DNA from: an uncultured Thermoprotei archaeon
GTDB lineage: Archaea; Thermoproteota; Thermoprotei; Thermofilales; B15-G2
Length of the DNA: 64,000 nt
Assembly (NCBI GenBank): GCA_965367815.1
Contig: CBDUKN010000006.1
Span: 32,001 to 96,000, forward strand
Direction: 5' to 3'
Shown: one piece after another, positions 1-9,366 of the stretch
How positions within the stretch are numbered: position 1 is the stretch's first letter
Layout of the letters: each line of letters starts with the position of its first letter
Program-made: the position numbers and the translations under genes
The notes under the pieces: model-generated
What the model was told of the DNA's origin: nothing
What the model saw: the letters and a program-made list of their open reading frames with translations, nothing else
Database searches by the model: none

Positions 1-123
1 GTCAGGTGGGGAGAATTTAAACCTGTTGTAACTCGAGAAAAACTTTTACCCAAAGACACTATAGCGCTCTGCTATAATCCAAGAAGAGGGCCCTACAAAA
101 TACTCTATTTTACAATAAAGTAG
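1..123 (+). CDS. 3' end of a CDS running in from the left edge (unknown product)
   Basis: Open frame from base 1 (VRWGEFKPVV...YFTIK) to TAG at 121-123. Confidence 0.5.
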   Translation, partial: VRWGEFKPVVTREKLLPKDTIALCYNPRRGPYKILYFTIK

Positions 124-260
124 TCGCTGAAGCGAAAAGTGTTTATTTAATACGGAGTCCTACTGAGTAGAGCGCCTATACTTTAAGTTTCTCGCTGGAG
201 AAAAATTTGGTGTGGGGCAGAGAGAAACCAGGGTCTCAAAGAAGCTCACCAAAGAACTCA

Positions 261-361
261 ACTACAGTACACTGCTGTACACTTATTCTCAGCCTCTACT
301 CAAGGAACTTGAGCGTTTAGCAAGAATAGGCTACTATCGTAGCCGCGCTAATAATTCTTAA
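261..361 (+). pseudogene. Remnant of a ribbon-helix-helix (CopG-like) regulator
   Basis: TTVH then, after a duplicated GTACACT, SQPLLKELERLARIGYYRSRA; parallels ITVHLPDHLVQGLEKLVEGGRYPSRS of the RHH at 26181-26405. Confidence 0.4.
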
Positions 362-439
362 AGAGACAGTCTTATAGCAGTGGAGAGACCTAAGGCGCTA
401 GTTGCGTAAAGCCTATATATTGACTAAGGTTTTGGTCAC

Positions 440-1531
440 GTGGCTTTCCTTGAAGTCAAAAATGTTTTCAAAAACTACGGAAGCATAAGGGCTTTGAGGG
501 GGGTTAGTCTTAGTGTTGATGAAGGAGAATACTTATGTATTCTCGGCCCTACTGGGGCGGGTAAAACTACTTTACTTAAAATTATTGCTGGTTTGCTTAA
601 ACCTGATCGCGGTAGAGTTTTCATAGAGGGTTTTGATGTAACTGACCTTCCACCGGAGCTGAGAAATGTCAGCTACATGCCTCAAGGTTACGCGCTTTTC
701 CCTCATATGAGTGTGTGGGATAATGTAACCTATGGTCTTAGAGTGAGAGGCCTTCCGCTAGATAGAGCTGAAGAAGCTTTAAAAATCGTAGGCTTATATC
801 ACAGAAGATTTTCTAGAGTATACGAGCTCTCTGGCGGCCAGCAGCAGAGAGTAGCTCTTGCTAGAGCTATTGCAGCTGAAGCAAAACTGCTTCTTCTCGA
901 CGAGCCTTTAAGCGCGCTAGACGCTCTACTAAACCTCGAGCTCAGACACGAGCTTAGAAGACTAGCTAAAGATCTTGGCTTAACAGTTCTCCACGTCACA
1001 CACAATACAGAAGAAGCTCTCAGTATAGCTGATAGAGTAGTTGTACTAAGGAGCGGCCTTATTCAGCAAGTGGGCCGTCCTGAAGAAATCTACATGAAGC
1101 CGTCTAATATCTTCACGGCTAGCTTCCTTTCTGAAGTAAATGTTTTCGAAGGAATTCTCGAGAGGACGGAGCCGGAGGCCATAGTAAATACTCGTGAGTT
1201 AGGAAAGCTCACCATCAAAAATGTGCCAGAAGGCTATCCGCACTTAGTTATAGTATACAGGCCTGAAGACGTATATGTTTCAAGAAGACTTCCAGCGTCC
1301 AAAGTAAACGTTTTCCCTGGACATGTGAGGCACGTAGAGTTTCTAGGACTTTTCTCTAGAGTACGAATAACCTCCGGAAACACTGAGATTATAGCAGATC
1401 TCTGGAGCACTACTGCAGAAGAACTGAAGAAAGGCGATAAAGTGTACGTATACTTCGACCCTAAGCTAGCTCTCGTATACCCGTACCCAAGTGGGGGTCT
1501 TCAAGTAGAGCTTTTCGGAGGAGGTGAGTGA
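440..1531 (+). CDS. ABC transporter ATP-binding protein (PotA/MalK-like, TOBE domain)
   Basis: GPTGAGKT Walker A, LSGGQQQR signature, LLLLDEP Walker B, H-loop VTH. Confidence 0.95.
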   Translation: MAFLEVKNVFKNYGSIRALRGVSLSVDEGEYLCILGPTGAGKTTLLKIIAGLLKPDRGRVFIEGFDVTDLPPELRNVSYMPQGYALFPHMSVWDNVTYGLRVRGLPLDRAEEALKIVGLYHRRFSRVYELSGGQQQRVALARAIAAEAKLLLLDEPLSALDALLNLELRHELRRLAKDLGLTVLHVTHNTEEALSIADRVVVLRSGLIQQVGRPEEIYMKPSNIFTASFLSEVNVFEGILERTEPEAIVNTRELGKLTIKNVPEGYPHLVIVYRPEDVYVSRRLPASKVNVFPGHVRHVEFLGLFSRVRITSGNTEIIADLWSTTAEELKKGDKVYVYFDPKLALVYPYPSGGLQVELFGGGE

Positions 1532-2607
1532 GCATGTCGACAGTTGAAGTAGTTAATGTAACAAAGAGATACGGTAACATAATTGCTTTAGATAGCGTTT
1601 CGCTAAAAGTAGAGAAAGGGGAATATGTATGTATTCTAGGGCCCAGCGGAAGCGGCAAAAGCACATTGCTCAAAGTGATAGCCGGTATAGTTGAGCCAGA
1701 TGAAGGTGAAGTCTATATTAACGGCAAACCCATGAGAGGAGTTCCTCTAAGAGAAAGAAACATAGGTATCGTAATGCAGGACATACTTCTTTTCCCCCAC
1801 ATGACTGTATGGGACAATGTTACGTACGGACCTCTCGTTAAGGCTGTAGCAAACTATGAAGAAGTCTGCGAAGAACTTGTGCTATCTATGGGCCTTAAAC
1901 TTAGAAGAAAAGCTATGCCTTCTGAGCTGAGCAGAGGTGCTCAGCAAAAAGTAGCTATAGCTAGGGCAGTTGCTGCGGGAGCAAGACTTCTGTTGCTAGA
2001 TGAGCCTTTAGGGTCAATAGACCAGAGAGCAGCTAAAGCTCTCAGAGTAGAGCTAAGAGAACTTGTAAAAGAGCTCGGACTGACAGCTATACATGTTACA
2101 CATAATCAAGAAGAGGCAATGAGTATAGCCGATAAGATAGTCATTTTGAGGAGAGGCAGAGTAGAGCAAGTAGGTACACCTAAAGAAATTTACGAGAAGC
2201 CTGCGTCACTTTTCGTAGTCAGGTTTATTGGAGGTGAAGCCAACTTCATCGAAGGAGTTGTACTCGAAGAAGAGCCTTTTACAGTAGACTTAGGCTTCAC
2301 TAAGCTGAGCTTAAAGATAGAGAAAAAGTTCAGTAAAGGCGACAAAGTAGTTGTAGCATTTAGACCCGAGCACGCAACAGTCCATAGTAGCCGGGGATCT
2401 ATTGAAGCCAGAGCACTCGAAGTAAGTTTTGTGGGAAAATACTACAGAGTTTTTGTCGAAGTAGATGGAGCGAACTTGATAATTAAGGTACCGCGCAGAG
2501 AAGGTATGTGGATTAAAGAGGGGTCTAGAGTATATTTAGATATAAATAAGGCTTTTGTATTCAAATATCCTATAGAGGGATTGGAAAAGGCGATAGCATA
2601 TGAGTAA
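1528..2607 (+). CDS. Second ABC ATP-binding protein with degenerate signature
   Basis: GPSGSGKS, signature LSRGAQQ, LLLLDEP, VTH; overlaps the previous gene. Confidence 0.93.
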   Translation: MSMSTVEVVNVTKRYGNIIALDSVSLKVEKGEYVCILGPSGSGKSTLLKVIAGIVEPDEGEVYINGKPMRGVPLRERNIGIVMQDILLFPHMTVWDNVTYGPLVKAVANYEEVCEELVLSMGLKLRRKAMPSELSRGAQQKVAIARAVAAGARLLLLDEPLGSIDQRAAKALRVELRELVKELGLTAIHVTHNQEEAMSIADKIVILRRGRVEQVGTPKEIYEKPASLFVVRFIGGEANFIEGVVLEEEPFTVDLGFTKLSLKIEKKFSKGDKVVVAFRPEHATVHSSRGSIEARALEVSFVGKYYRVFVEVDGANLIIKVPRREGMWIKEGSRVYLDINKAFVFKYPIEGLEKAIAYE

Positions 2608-3265
2608 GCTGGCCAGATGGTTTAAGACTAGCAGGGAGAAAGAAGTGCGCGAAAAAGTTTTGAGGCATGCTGAGCTTGTAGAGGAGACAGCTAAGTACTT
2701 AGTAGATTTTATTGTTAAGTGGATTAAAGAAAATGAAATAGACGAAGCCTTATTTACGGTAATTCATAACAAGGAGCACGAAGCAGATATCGTTAGGCGT
2801 GATGTGCTGAGAATTCTTGCGGCAAGTACTGCTTTAGAGCCACATGTGCGTGTACATTTAGCTAGAATAGTTAGACAAATAGACTGGGTCGCAGACTGGT
2901 GTCTTGAAAGTGCGAGGCTTATAATAGCTCTAGCCTCCGTCAAAGTGAGTTCGGAAATAGTTGATAGTATACTGGCTATGCTCAATGAAGTATACTCTAC
3001 TGTAAAGGCTACTCGAGACTGCATAAAGGCTATGTTTGAAGATCCCTTTGAAACACTCAATCTATGTGATGAAGTAGAGAAACTTGAAGAAAAAGTAGAC
3101 GACTTGTATCAAACTTTTAGAAAACTTTTCAGCGAAAAGTGCTCAGAGATACCTACTTCAAAAGCTCTTCTCTTCTTCCACGCTATCGACGCTATAGAAA
3201 TGATGACTGATAAGTGCGAAGATACCTGCGATAACATAAGAGAATACGTAGTGTCGTCAGCCTAA
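2600..3265 (+). CDS. DUF47/PhoU-like phosphate transport regulator
   Basis: Two helical repeats with EHEADIVRR and LEEKVDDLY...IEMMTDKCED motifs. Confidence 0.85.
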   Translation: MSKLARWFKTSREKEVREKVLRHAELVEETAKYLVDFIVKWIKENEIDEALFTVIHNKEHEADIVRRDVLRILAASTALEPHVRVHLARIVRQIDWVADWCLESARLIIALASVKVSSEIVDSILAMLNEVYSTVKATRDCIKAMFEDPFETLNLCDEVEKLEEKVDDLYQTFRKLFSEKCSEIPTSKALLFFHAIDAIEMMTDKCEDTCDNIREYVVSSA

Positions 3266-3312
3266 ACATTTTTACTCAAAAATTTTAAGAATAGGATTCG
3301 TTACTAGACTCG

Positions 3313-4443
3313 ATGGGCTTAATTCCTAAACGAGGCTATTTTCTATTAGCAACAGGTATTGTCATAGGGTTTCTGGTAAACATAGCGCTCATGAGTTTCT
3401 ACGGGTTCGGCGAAGGAAGCAGACAAATAACCGGAGTACCTAAAAAAATTGAAATAGTTTTCCTTTTTTCTAGCGAAAAAAGCAGCTGGCTAGAGGAAGT
3501 AACGCCTCTTTTTGAAGAATGGTTTAAAGAGAAATACGGTATTGAAATTAAAGTCAAGTTAATTGCCGCAGGAACTCACGAAACAATAAATATGATGATG
3601 CAGGGAAGCGTTAGGCCAACAATATGGAGTCCTGCATCAAGTATATGGGTGCCTTACTTCAACATGCTCTGGAAAAAGAAGTATGGTAAAGATATTGCAA
3701 CAGAGTGGGTTCCACTAGTAGTCTCACCTATAGTTATAGCTGGCTGGAAAAGTTTAGCAACAAAATACAATGTGACATGCTTCATGGACCTCTACAGATT
3801 GTCGAAAGAAGGAGTAGACTTTAAGTGGGGCCACCCCGATCCTCTTCTAAGTAACGGCGGAACAATGACCGTCTTACTCGAGTTTGCTGAAGCAGTCGGA
3901 AAGCCTCCAAGTGAGCTCACTGTAGAAGATCTCCTCAACGAAACTGTGCTCGAAATAGTGAGGACTATAGAAAGCCACGCAGTTTTCTACGGAAAAAGTA
4001 CAGGTTTCTTCGGAACGTGGGCTGCGGACAATGGACCGAGCGCTATAACGTTCTTTGGAGTCTACGAGAACATAGTCATAGATAACGCGCTCAGAGCCGA
4101 GAAAAAGTGGGGAGATAGACTTGTAGCCATATACCCTAAGTACGGAACACTACTAAGCGACCACCCCTTTGTAATACTTGACGCAGAGTGGGTCGACTAC
4201 TGGCAGAGATTTGCTGCATCACAGTACTTAATTTTCTTGCTTCAGCCCGAAATACAGAAGCTCGCAATGAAGCACGGCTTTAGGCCTGCGAACATGCTGG
4301 TTCCCTTAGACCCGATGATATTTAATGAGAAAAACGGTGTATCTTATAAAATACCTGTAAAAGTATTTGAGCCTCCGCGAGGCGAAGTAATGGAGGCGTT
4401 ATTCAAAGTATGGGAGAAAGTCAAGAACCCTGGAGCCGGATAG
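3313..4443 (+). CDS. Extracellular solute-binding protein
   Basis: N-terminal TM; SSEK, PTIWSPASS, SPIVIA, HPDPLLSNGG, SDHPF, HGFRP motifs of the SBP type often fused to vWA domains. Confidence 0.85.
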   Translation: MGLIPKRGYFLLATGIVIGFLVNIALMSFYGFGEGSRQITGVPKKIEIVFLFSSEKSSWLEEVTPLFEEWFKEKYGIEIKVKLIAAGTHETINMMMQGSVRPTIWSPASSIWVPYFNMLWKKKYGKDIATEWVPLVVSPIVIAGWKSLATKYNVTCFMDLYRLSKEGVDFKWGHPDPLLSNGGTMTVLLEFAEAVGKPPSELTVEDLLNETVLEIVRTIESHAVFYGKSTGFFGTWAADNGPSAITFFGVYENIVIDNALRAEKKWGDRLVAIYPKYGTLLSDHPFVILDAEWVDYWQRFAASQYLIFLLQPEIQKLAMKHGFRPANMLVPLDPMIFNEKNGVSYKIPVKVFEPPRGEVMEALFKVWEKVKNPGAG

Positions 4444-4452
4444 AGACAGACA

Positions 4453-4470
4453 GTATTTACTAGTAAATAC
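4453..4470. promoter_or_regulatory. Perfect 18-bp palindrome GTATTTACTAGTAAATAC
   Basis: Self-reverse-complementary; intergenic between the SBP and permease genes. Confidence 0.45.
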
Positions 4471-4532
4471 CGGGATTTAGATAATGTAGACTCTAAAGGC
4501 AAATTTTAATAATTTGAATAAATTAGCTTTTC

Positions 4533-6200
4533 GTGCGATACTTTCAGAGCAAGCTAATTCAAGGGCTAGCTCTGCTGACTATAGTAGTTTTCGTGCTTTT
4601 TCCACCCTTCTACCTGTTTACATTCATTGTAGTCAACTGGAAGGAAGTCTATACAGAAATATTTAATCACCCGCTAATAGGCAGCACGTACCTCTACTAT
4701 ATTATAAGATACCTTCTATTTTCGCTGAAACTAGCATTAACCACGCTCGCAGTAGACCTTGTTCTAGGCATACCGCTAGCCTACCTGCTTGTTAAAAAGA
4801 AGTTCCCTGGGAAAAGTATTGTAGAAAACCTTGTTCTACTGCCGCTAGTAATACCTACATCGGGTTTCGGCTTCGCTACGCTAATCGCATGGACTGCAGT
4901 AGAGAGTATTCCTGTGCTATTAGGCTTTAGAATAGGAGTAGATACGCTAGTTCCGGTAGTCAATATACCTGCACTAATGCTTATTGTCCATGTAACTCTG
5001 ACATTCCCCTATATAGTGAAAACAGTATCTGCTTCACTAGTAGACCTTCAGAGAGGATACGAGATCGTTTCAGAGTCTCTCGGTGCCTCGCCTCTAACGA
5101 CTTTCCGGAAAGTAGTCTTTCCGCTTATTTTGCCGGGTGTTTTCTCTGGCTCTGTACTGGCTTTTGCGAGGTCTCTTGGTGAAACGGGAGCCACGATGGT
5201 TGTTGCTGGAGTAACTACTACTGCGTCAATAGCTATAGTTAAGTGGGAGCTTGAAGGTAAGTTAGCGCCAGCTGCTTTTCTAGGAGCACTCCTAGTTGCG
5301 ACGGCTTTACTCATGATTCTTCCAGTAGAGTATTTAGTAGAAAAGAGAAGAAGCATTAGAGGATTCAGAGTGCCTAAGAAACTAGAGTTCAAAATTATTC
5401 TAGCTGAGCGAAAAATCTTGAGCAAACTCTCGGTACTCAAAGATGCCGCATCAATATTCTTTCTCTTCACAGTAGTAGTCATGCCCATAATATCACTGAT
5501 CATACTAACTGTCAAGTACTGGAGTAGAGATCCTTACACAGGGAGGATCGAAGGAAGTATACTGTACCAGCTTTTCGGACCTTCAAACTACTACTCGTTA
5601 ATAGTCAAGGCTATGACTACTTCCTTAATTGCAGCGACAGCAGCTACTCTTATTTCGCTTTACTTAGCAGTAGTCACGATAATGGCTATTAAGAAGACGA
5701 GACTGGGGAAAGTAATACGGGCTCTTCTTAAAATACCTCTAGTAGTTCCTACAAGCGCGCTGGGCCTCTCAATGGTTCTCTTGTGGGGTCCGCTGGGCCT
5801 AAATGTGCTAAAGCCCAGTATATGGCTGATAATACTCACTCATATAGTGTTCTCCGTGCCAGTAATAGTTGAAACAGGGCTGGCTTCCTACGAGGAACTC
5901 GAAGTAGAGCTCTATGAGGAGACAGCTCGGACCCTCGGAGCAAATCCCTACGATGTCTTAGAGACAGTATCTATACCTATGATAAAGAGAGGGCTTATAG
6001 CTGGAGGACTCTTAGCTTTTACTCACTCACTTGGGGAAACAGGAGCGACATTTCTCGTTATGGGAGACCATATAACAATATCTACTCTTGTAGTAAACTT
6101 AGTAGAAGCACTTGCTATACCGACAGCGCTTTTCGCCTCTACTCTATTAATAGTACTCTCATTAATACTGCTTACTATAGCTAGCTATATTAGCAAATAA
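4533..6200 (+). CDS. ABC permease with two fused TM modules (CysT/ModB/FbpB-like)
   Basis: Two EAA-loop-like motifs (ESLGASP, RTLGANP) and two SLGETGAT motifs. Confidence 0.9.
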   Translation: MRYFQSKLIQGLALLTIVVFVLFPPFYLFTFIVVNWKEVYTEIFNHPLIGSTYLYYIIRYLLFSLKLALTTLAVDLVLGIPLAYLLVKKKFPGKSIVENLVLLPLVIPTSGFGFATLIAWTAVESIPVLLGFRIGVDTLVPVVNIPALMLIVHVTLTFPYIVKTVSASLVDLQRGYEIVSESLGASPLTTFRKVVFPLILPGVFSGSVLAFARSLGETGATMVVAGVTTTASIAIVKWELEGKLAPAAFLGALLVATALLMILPVEYLVEKRRSIRGFRVPKKLEFKIILAERKILSKLSVLKDAASIFFLFTVVVMPIISLIILTVKYWSRDPYTGRIEGSILYQLFGPSNYYSLIVKAMTTSLIAATAATLISLYLAVVTIMAIKKTRLGKVIRALLKIPLVVPTSALGLSMVLLWGPLGLNVLKPSIWLIILTHIVFSVPVIVETGLASYEELEVELYEETARTLGANPYDVLETVSIPMIKRGLIAGGLLAFTHSLGETGATFLVMGDHITISTLVVNLVEALAIPTALFASTLLIVLSLILLTIASYISK

Positions 6201-6209
6201 ATAAAAATC

Positions 6210-6545
6210 TTAAATCTTACCTTGGGCTACAAGGTTCTTAAGGCTCTCGTACTCACTTTTACCAATGCTTCCTGCTACCTGCTGCCCATAGCTAGTTAAC
6301 TTTACTTCGTATCCAGACAGCTCTATCATCCAGTACTCAGCGAGTTTCTTAAATGCGGCTGCTAGTTTCTCGAGAAGTTTATCATAGTTATGTGGACGCC
6401 TGCCTTTAATCAACTCGTCGAGAATCGATTTAGCAAGGAATTTCTCTGGATCTTCTCCACCCCTACTGAAGTAGAGGGCGCCGCCGTACTCGTACCAGAG
6501 GTACGCTAAAACGAATTTCTCAGGATTAGACAGATATTCGGTCAT
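6210..6545 (-). CDS. Hypothetical protein, probable winged-helix (start revised to MTEYL)
   Basis: C-terminal KLAEYWMIE...VKLTSYG wing motif; the longer ORF overlaps the divergent gene. Confidence 0.65.
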   Translation of the reverse strand: MTEYLSNPEKFVLAYLWYEYGGALYFSRGGEDPEKFLAKSILDELIKGRRPHNYDKLLEKLAAAFKKLAEYWMIELSGYEVKLTSYGQQVAGSIGKSEYESLKNLVAQGKI

Positions 6546-6607
6546 GATAGTAAATAGGAGCTGATAAATATTAATTTTATCTAAACACTTTAGTATTAGG
6601 ACACATA

Positions 6608-7303
6608 GTGGGGAGCGTAAATATGAGAGATGAGAATAAAGTGTGGTCAATGATTCTAGATAAAATATATGAGGCTCAAAAAGAAATAATAGATAAGATA
6701 GTATCATCTATAAGTTTAGAAGAACCGTATAGTGCTCCAGTAACTACTATTCTTCACTGCTATACTAGAGCTCTCTTCGATAAAAAATATGGTCTCTATA
6801 AGCCAATACCAACAAACATAAACATGCTTCTAGGACTACTCTTCGACTTTACAATTAAAGTGGCTTTACAGGGCTATCCTCCGCCAGACCACTATTACGT
6901 TAAAGAATTCGTCGACGGCGGGGGAGTGAAGTATAAGATTCACGCAGGCCCTGATGTAGTTCTCGACGATGAAGTCGTCGAGCTAAAGTATACTTCGATG
7001 CCTTTAGATAAAATACCGTTAGAGCACCATGAGCTTCAGCTCAAAATATACATGAATATTCTCGGTAAAAACGGAAGGCTCGTTTACTTGACGCCCTACG
7101 GCGTGAGAGAAATATATTATTCTGCTGAAGAAGCTCTTTCAGACGAAGAAGTAGCTAAAATTGCGAGAGAATTCTTTATTGAGAAAAAGTCTCCGCGATA
7201 CGAGTGGGAATGCCAGTACTGCCTATATAAGTCCCTCTGTCCTCTTGCGTGGAAGAAGACTGAAGAAGAGAAAGAAGTTAGTGCAGAACAAGAGGAAAGC
7301 TAG
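6608..7303 (+). CDS. cas4: Solo Cas4-like PD-(D/E)xK nuclease with Fe-S cysteines
   Basis: N-terminal Cys (HCY), GPD..VVELKY, QLKIY, C-terminal CQYCLYKSLC. Confidence 0.75.
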   Translation: MGSVNMRDENKVWSMILDKIYEAQKEIIDKIVSSISLEEPYSAPVTTILHCYTRALFDKKYGLYKPIPTNINMLLGLLFDFTIKVALQGYPPPDHYYVKEFVDGGGVKYKIHAGPDVVLDDEVVELKYTSMPLDKIPLEHHELQLKIYMNILGKNGRLVYLTPYGVREIYYSAEEALSDEEVAKIAREFFIEKKSPRYEWECQYCLYKSLCPLAWKKTEEEKEVSAEQEES

Positions 7304-7997
7304 TTTTCTCTAGCGGCGTCAAGTCGCGCCACACTTCTATGTAGTTTTCTTCGAGTACTGCGTAGTGCTGGCTCTTCTGAGAAGAATCTACTCTGAGGTA
7401 CATTATGTTGTTTATTCTACTTAAAGTATAGCCCTGGTCTATGTGTATGTGGCCGTTGACCACGAGGCGTGGTGCAGCAATTTTTATTGCTTCAACTACG
7501 GCGCTCAAGTAGCTTGGAAATCTTATTAAGCCTCTGTACTCTGGCAAAGGGACGGTTTCGTGGATCAGTAGTAAGTCTACTTTCTTTTCAGCTAGACAGT
7601 ATGCTGCTTCTACGAATTCCTCGGGTCTTTTACGCGGGACACCTTTCTTCGATTTCCTCCTCAAGGCAATGATGCCATTTATTCCGCCAATCTTTATTCC
7701 ATTAAACTCGACTACTTCACAGTCCTGTAAAAGCACTGGAGTCCCATCACGGTTTTTAAGTTCTGATAGTACTTTGAGGTTTTCGTGGTTTCCGTAAATA
7801 GTGTAGACTTTCGTTTTAGATAAGAGCTCCTTGAATTCCTGCGTGTTTATGGCAGAGCCCCAGTCTCCGCAGCCTACTATAAGGTCTGGTTTATGGTAAT
7901 CTACTATCGATAAGAGCCAGTTCCAGGCTTCAGTGTCTTCTGGGTCTTCAGCGCCTTCTTTCTCGTAGTGTATATCTGATACAGCTAGTATCTTCAA
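7278..7997 (-). CDS. Calcineurin-like metallophosphoesterase
   Basis: SDIH, GD, GNHE, IHE, GHIH motifs. Confidence 0.9.
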   Translation of the reverse strand: MKILAVSDIHYEKEGAEDPEDTEAWNWLLSIVDYHKPDLIVGCGDWGSAINTQEFKELLSKTKVYTIYGNHENLKVLSELKNRDGTPVLLQDCEVVEFNGIKIGGINGIIALRRKSKKGVPRKRPEEFVEAAYCLAEKKVDLLLIHETVPLPEYRGLIRFPSYLSAVVEAIKIAAPRLVVNGHIHIDQGYTLSRINNIMYLRVDSSQKSQHYAVLEENYIEVWRDLTPLEKTSFPLVLH

Positions 7998-8515
7998 AGA
8001 GGTCCCTCGTATACTAGTGTAGGTTTTTGTATCTTTTTGTTGGTTAAGTATTGAGAATACTTTAGTGCTTTGGGAGGCTTTCGTGTAATCAAGGTTATTT
8101 TCTTTACTCCTACTAATCTTATTGCCTTAAGAGCATCTAGGCCCGCTATAGCTCCCGACGGTACATGAACTCTATCTCTGTGTTTTTCGTAGAGTCTTTT
8201 CAGGTCAGGGTCGAGTAGTGCACCTACACTCATCACCAGCATTTCTTTACCTGCGTCGAGCACGGACTTCAAGTACTCTTTTACTGCTTTTTGGCTAGCC
8301 GCCTCTACTACAATATCTACTTCTTTGTCTTCAAGTATATCATTTATATTTCTAGCTACTTTAGGTTTCTGCTTTAATTTAGAAGCTAATTCAACTGCCT
8401 TAGATTCATCGATATCGTACAAGTATATTAGCTTGGCTTTTATTTCTCCTCCATCTATAGCTTCAGCTAGCAACGTCCCTATTGCGCCACAACCTATTAT
8501 CGCTACACCCTTCAT
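7994..8515 (-). pseudogene. nadX: L-aspartate dehydrogenase, C-terminally truncated
   Basis: GCGAIG, VEAAS, MSVGAL, PSGAIAGLD, RKPP motifs; stops at YEGPL (173 aa), lacking the C-terminal part of the catalytic domain. Confidence 0.8.
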
Positions 8516-9366
8516 TTCCAGACACCTGTTACTTCAAGAGATAAATCGACTGCTTTAGCAGAATGAGTTAATATACCTAGACTTATTACATCGGGCTGTG
8601 CTTTAGCATACTCTACAATATTTTCTTCAGTTACTCCCCCAGAAACCTCAATTAAGACTCTGTTTCTGAGCCCTTTTTCTTCAAGTACTTTTATTGTCTC
8701 AGCTACTTCCTCTGGAGTGAAATTGTCTAGCATTACTATGTCCGCTCCGGCTTCAGCTGCTTCAATAGCTTCATTTAAGTTGGATACTTCTACTTCTATT
8801 TTCCTGTAAAAACTGTTTTTCTCTTTAGCTTTCTCTACAGCACTTTTAACTGATTTAAAGTACTTTAAGTGATTATCTTTAATTAAAATCATGTCTGATA
8901 AACTGAGCCTATGCGTATCTCCTCCACCTGCTTCAACTGCTTTTTTCTCAAAGTATCTTAACCCGGGCAGTGTTTTGCGTGTTGCAGCGATTCTTGTGCG
9001 AGGACTTATCTTCTTAACTTTCTCTACTAGTCTCCTAGTGGCAGTAGCTATGCCGCATGTATGCGATAATATATTTAAGACAAGTCTCTCAGCTGAAAGT
9101 ACTTTGCGCATATTTCCTTTGATTTCCAGTAAGATTTCTCCTAGCCTGAATTCTTCTCCGCTTTTCTTGAGTACTGCTACTTCTAAACCTAAGCGCTGTA
9201 AGATATATGCTATTTCCTCAGTGCAGGCGGCCACGCCGTCTTCTTTGGCTAAAACTACTGCTTTGCAGGAAATATTCTCGGGTAGTAGCTCCGATGTAGC
9301 GTCCCAGAAAGGTATGTCTTCGGCTAGCCACTCTAGAAACTTGCAGTAGACTATTTCCTCGACCAC
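8512..9366 (-). CDS. nadC: Quinolinate phosphoribosyltransferase
   Basis: ATRKTLPG, HRLSLSDMILIKDNH, EVEV, MLDN, SGG motifs. Confidence 0.97.
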   Translation of the reverse strand: MVEEIVYCKFLEWLAEDIPFWDATSELLPENISCKAVVLAKEDGVAACTEEIAYILQRLGLEVAVLKKSGEEFRLGEILLEIKGNMRKVLSAERLVLNILSHTCGIATATRRLVEKVKKISPRTRIAATRKTLPGLRYFEKKAVEAGGGDTHRLSLSDMILIKDNHLKYFKSVKSAVEKAKEKNSFYRKIEVEVSNLNEAIEAAEAGADIVMLDNFTPEEVAETIKVLEEKGLRNRVLIEVSGGVTEENIVEYAKAQPDVISLGILTHSAKAVDLSLEVTGVWK

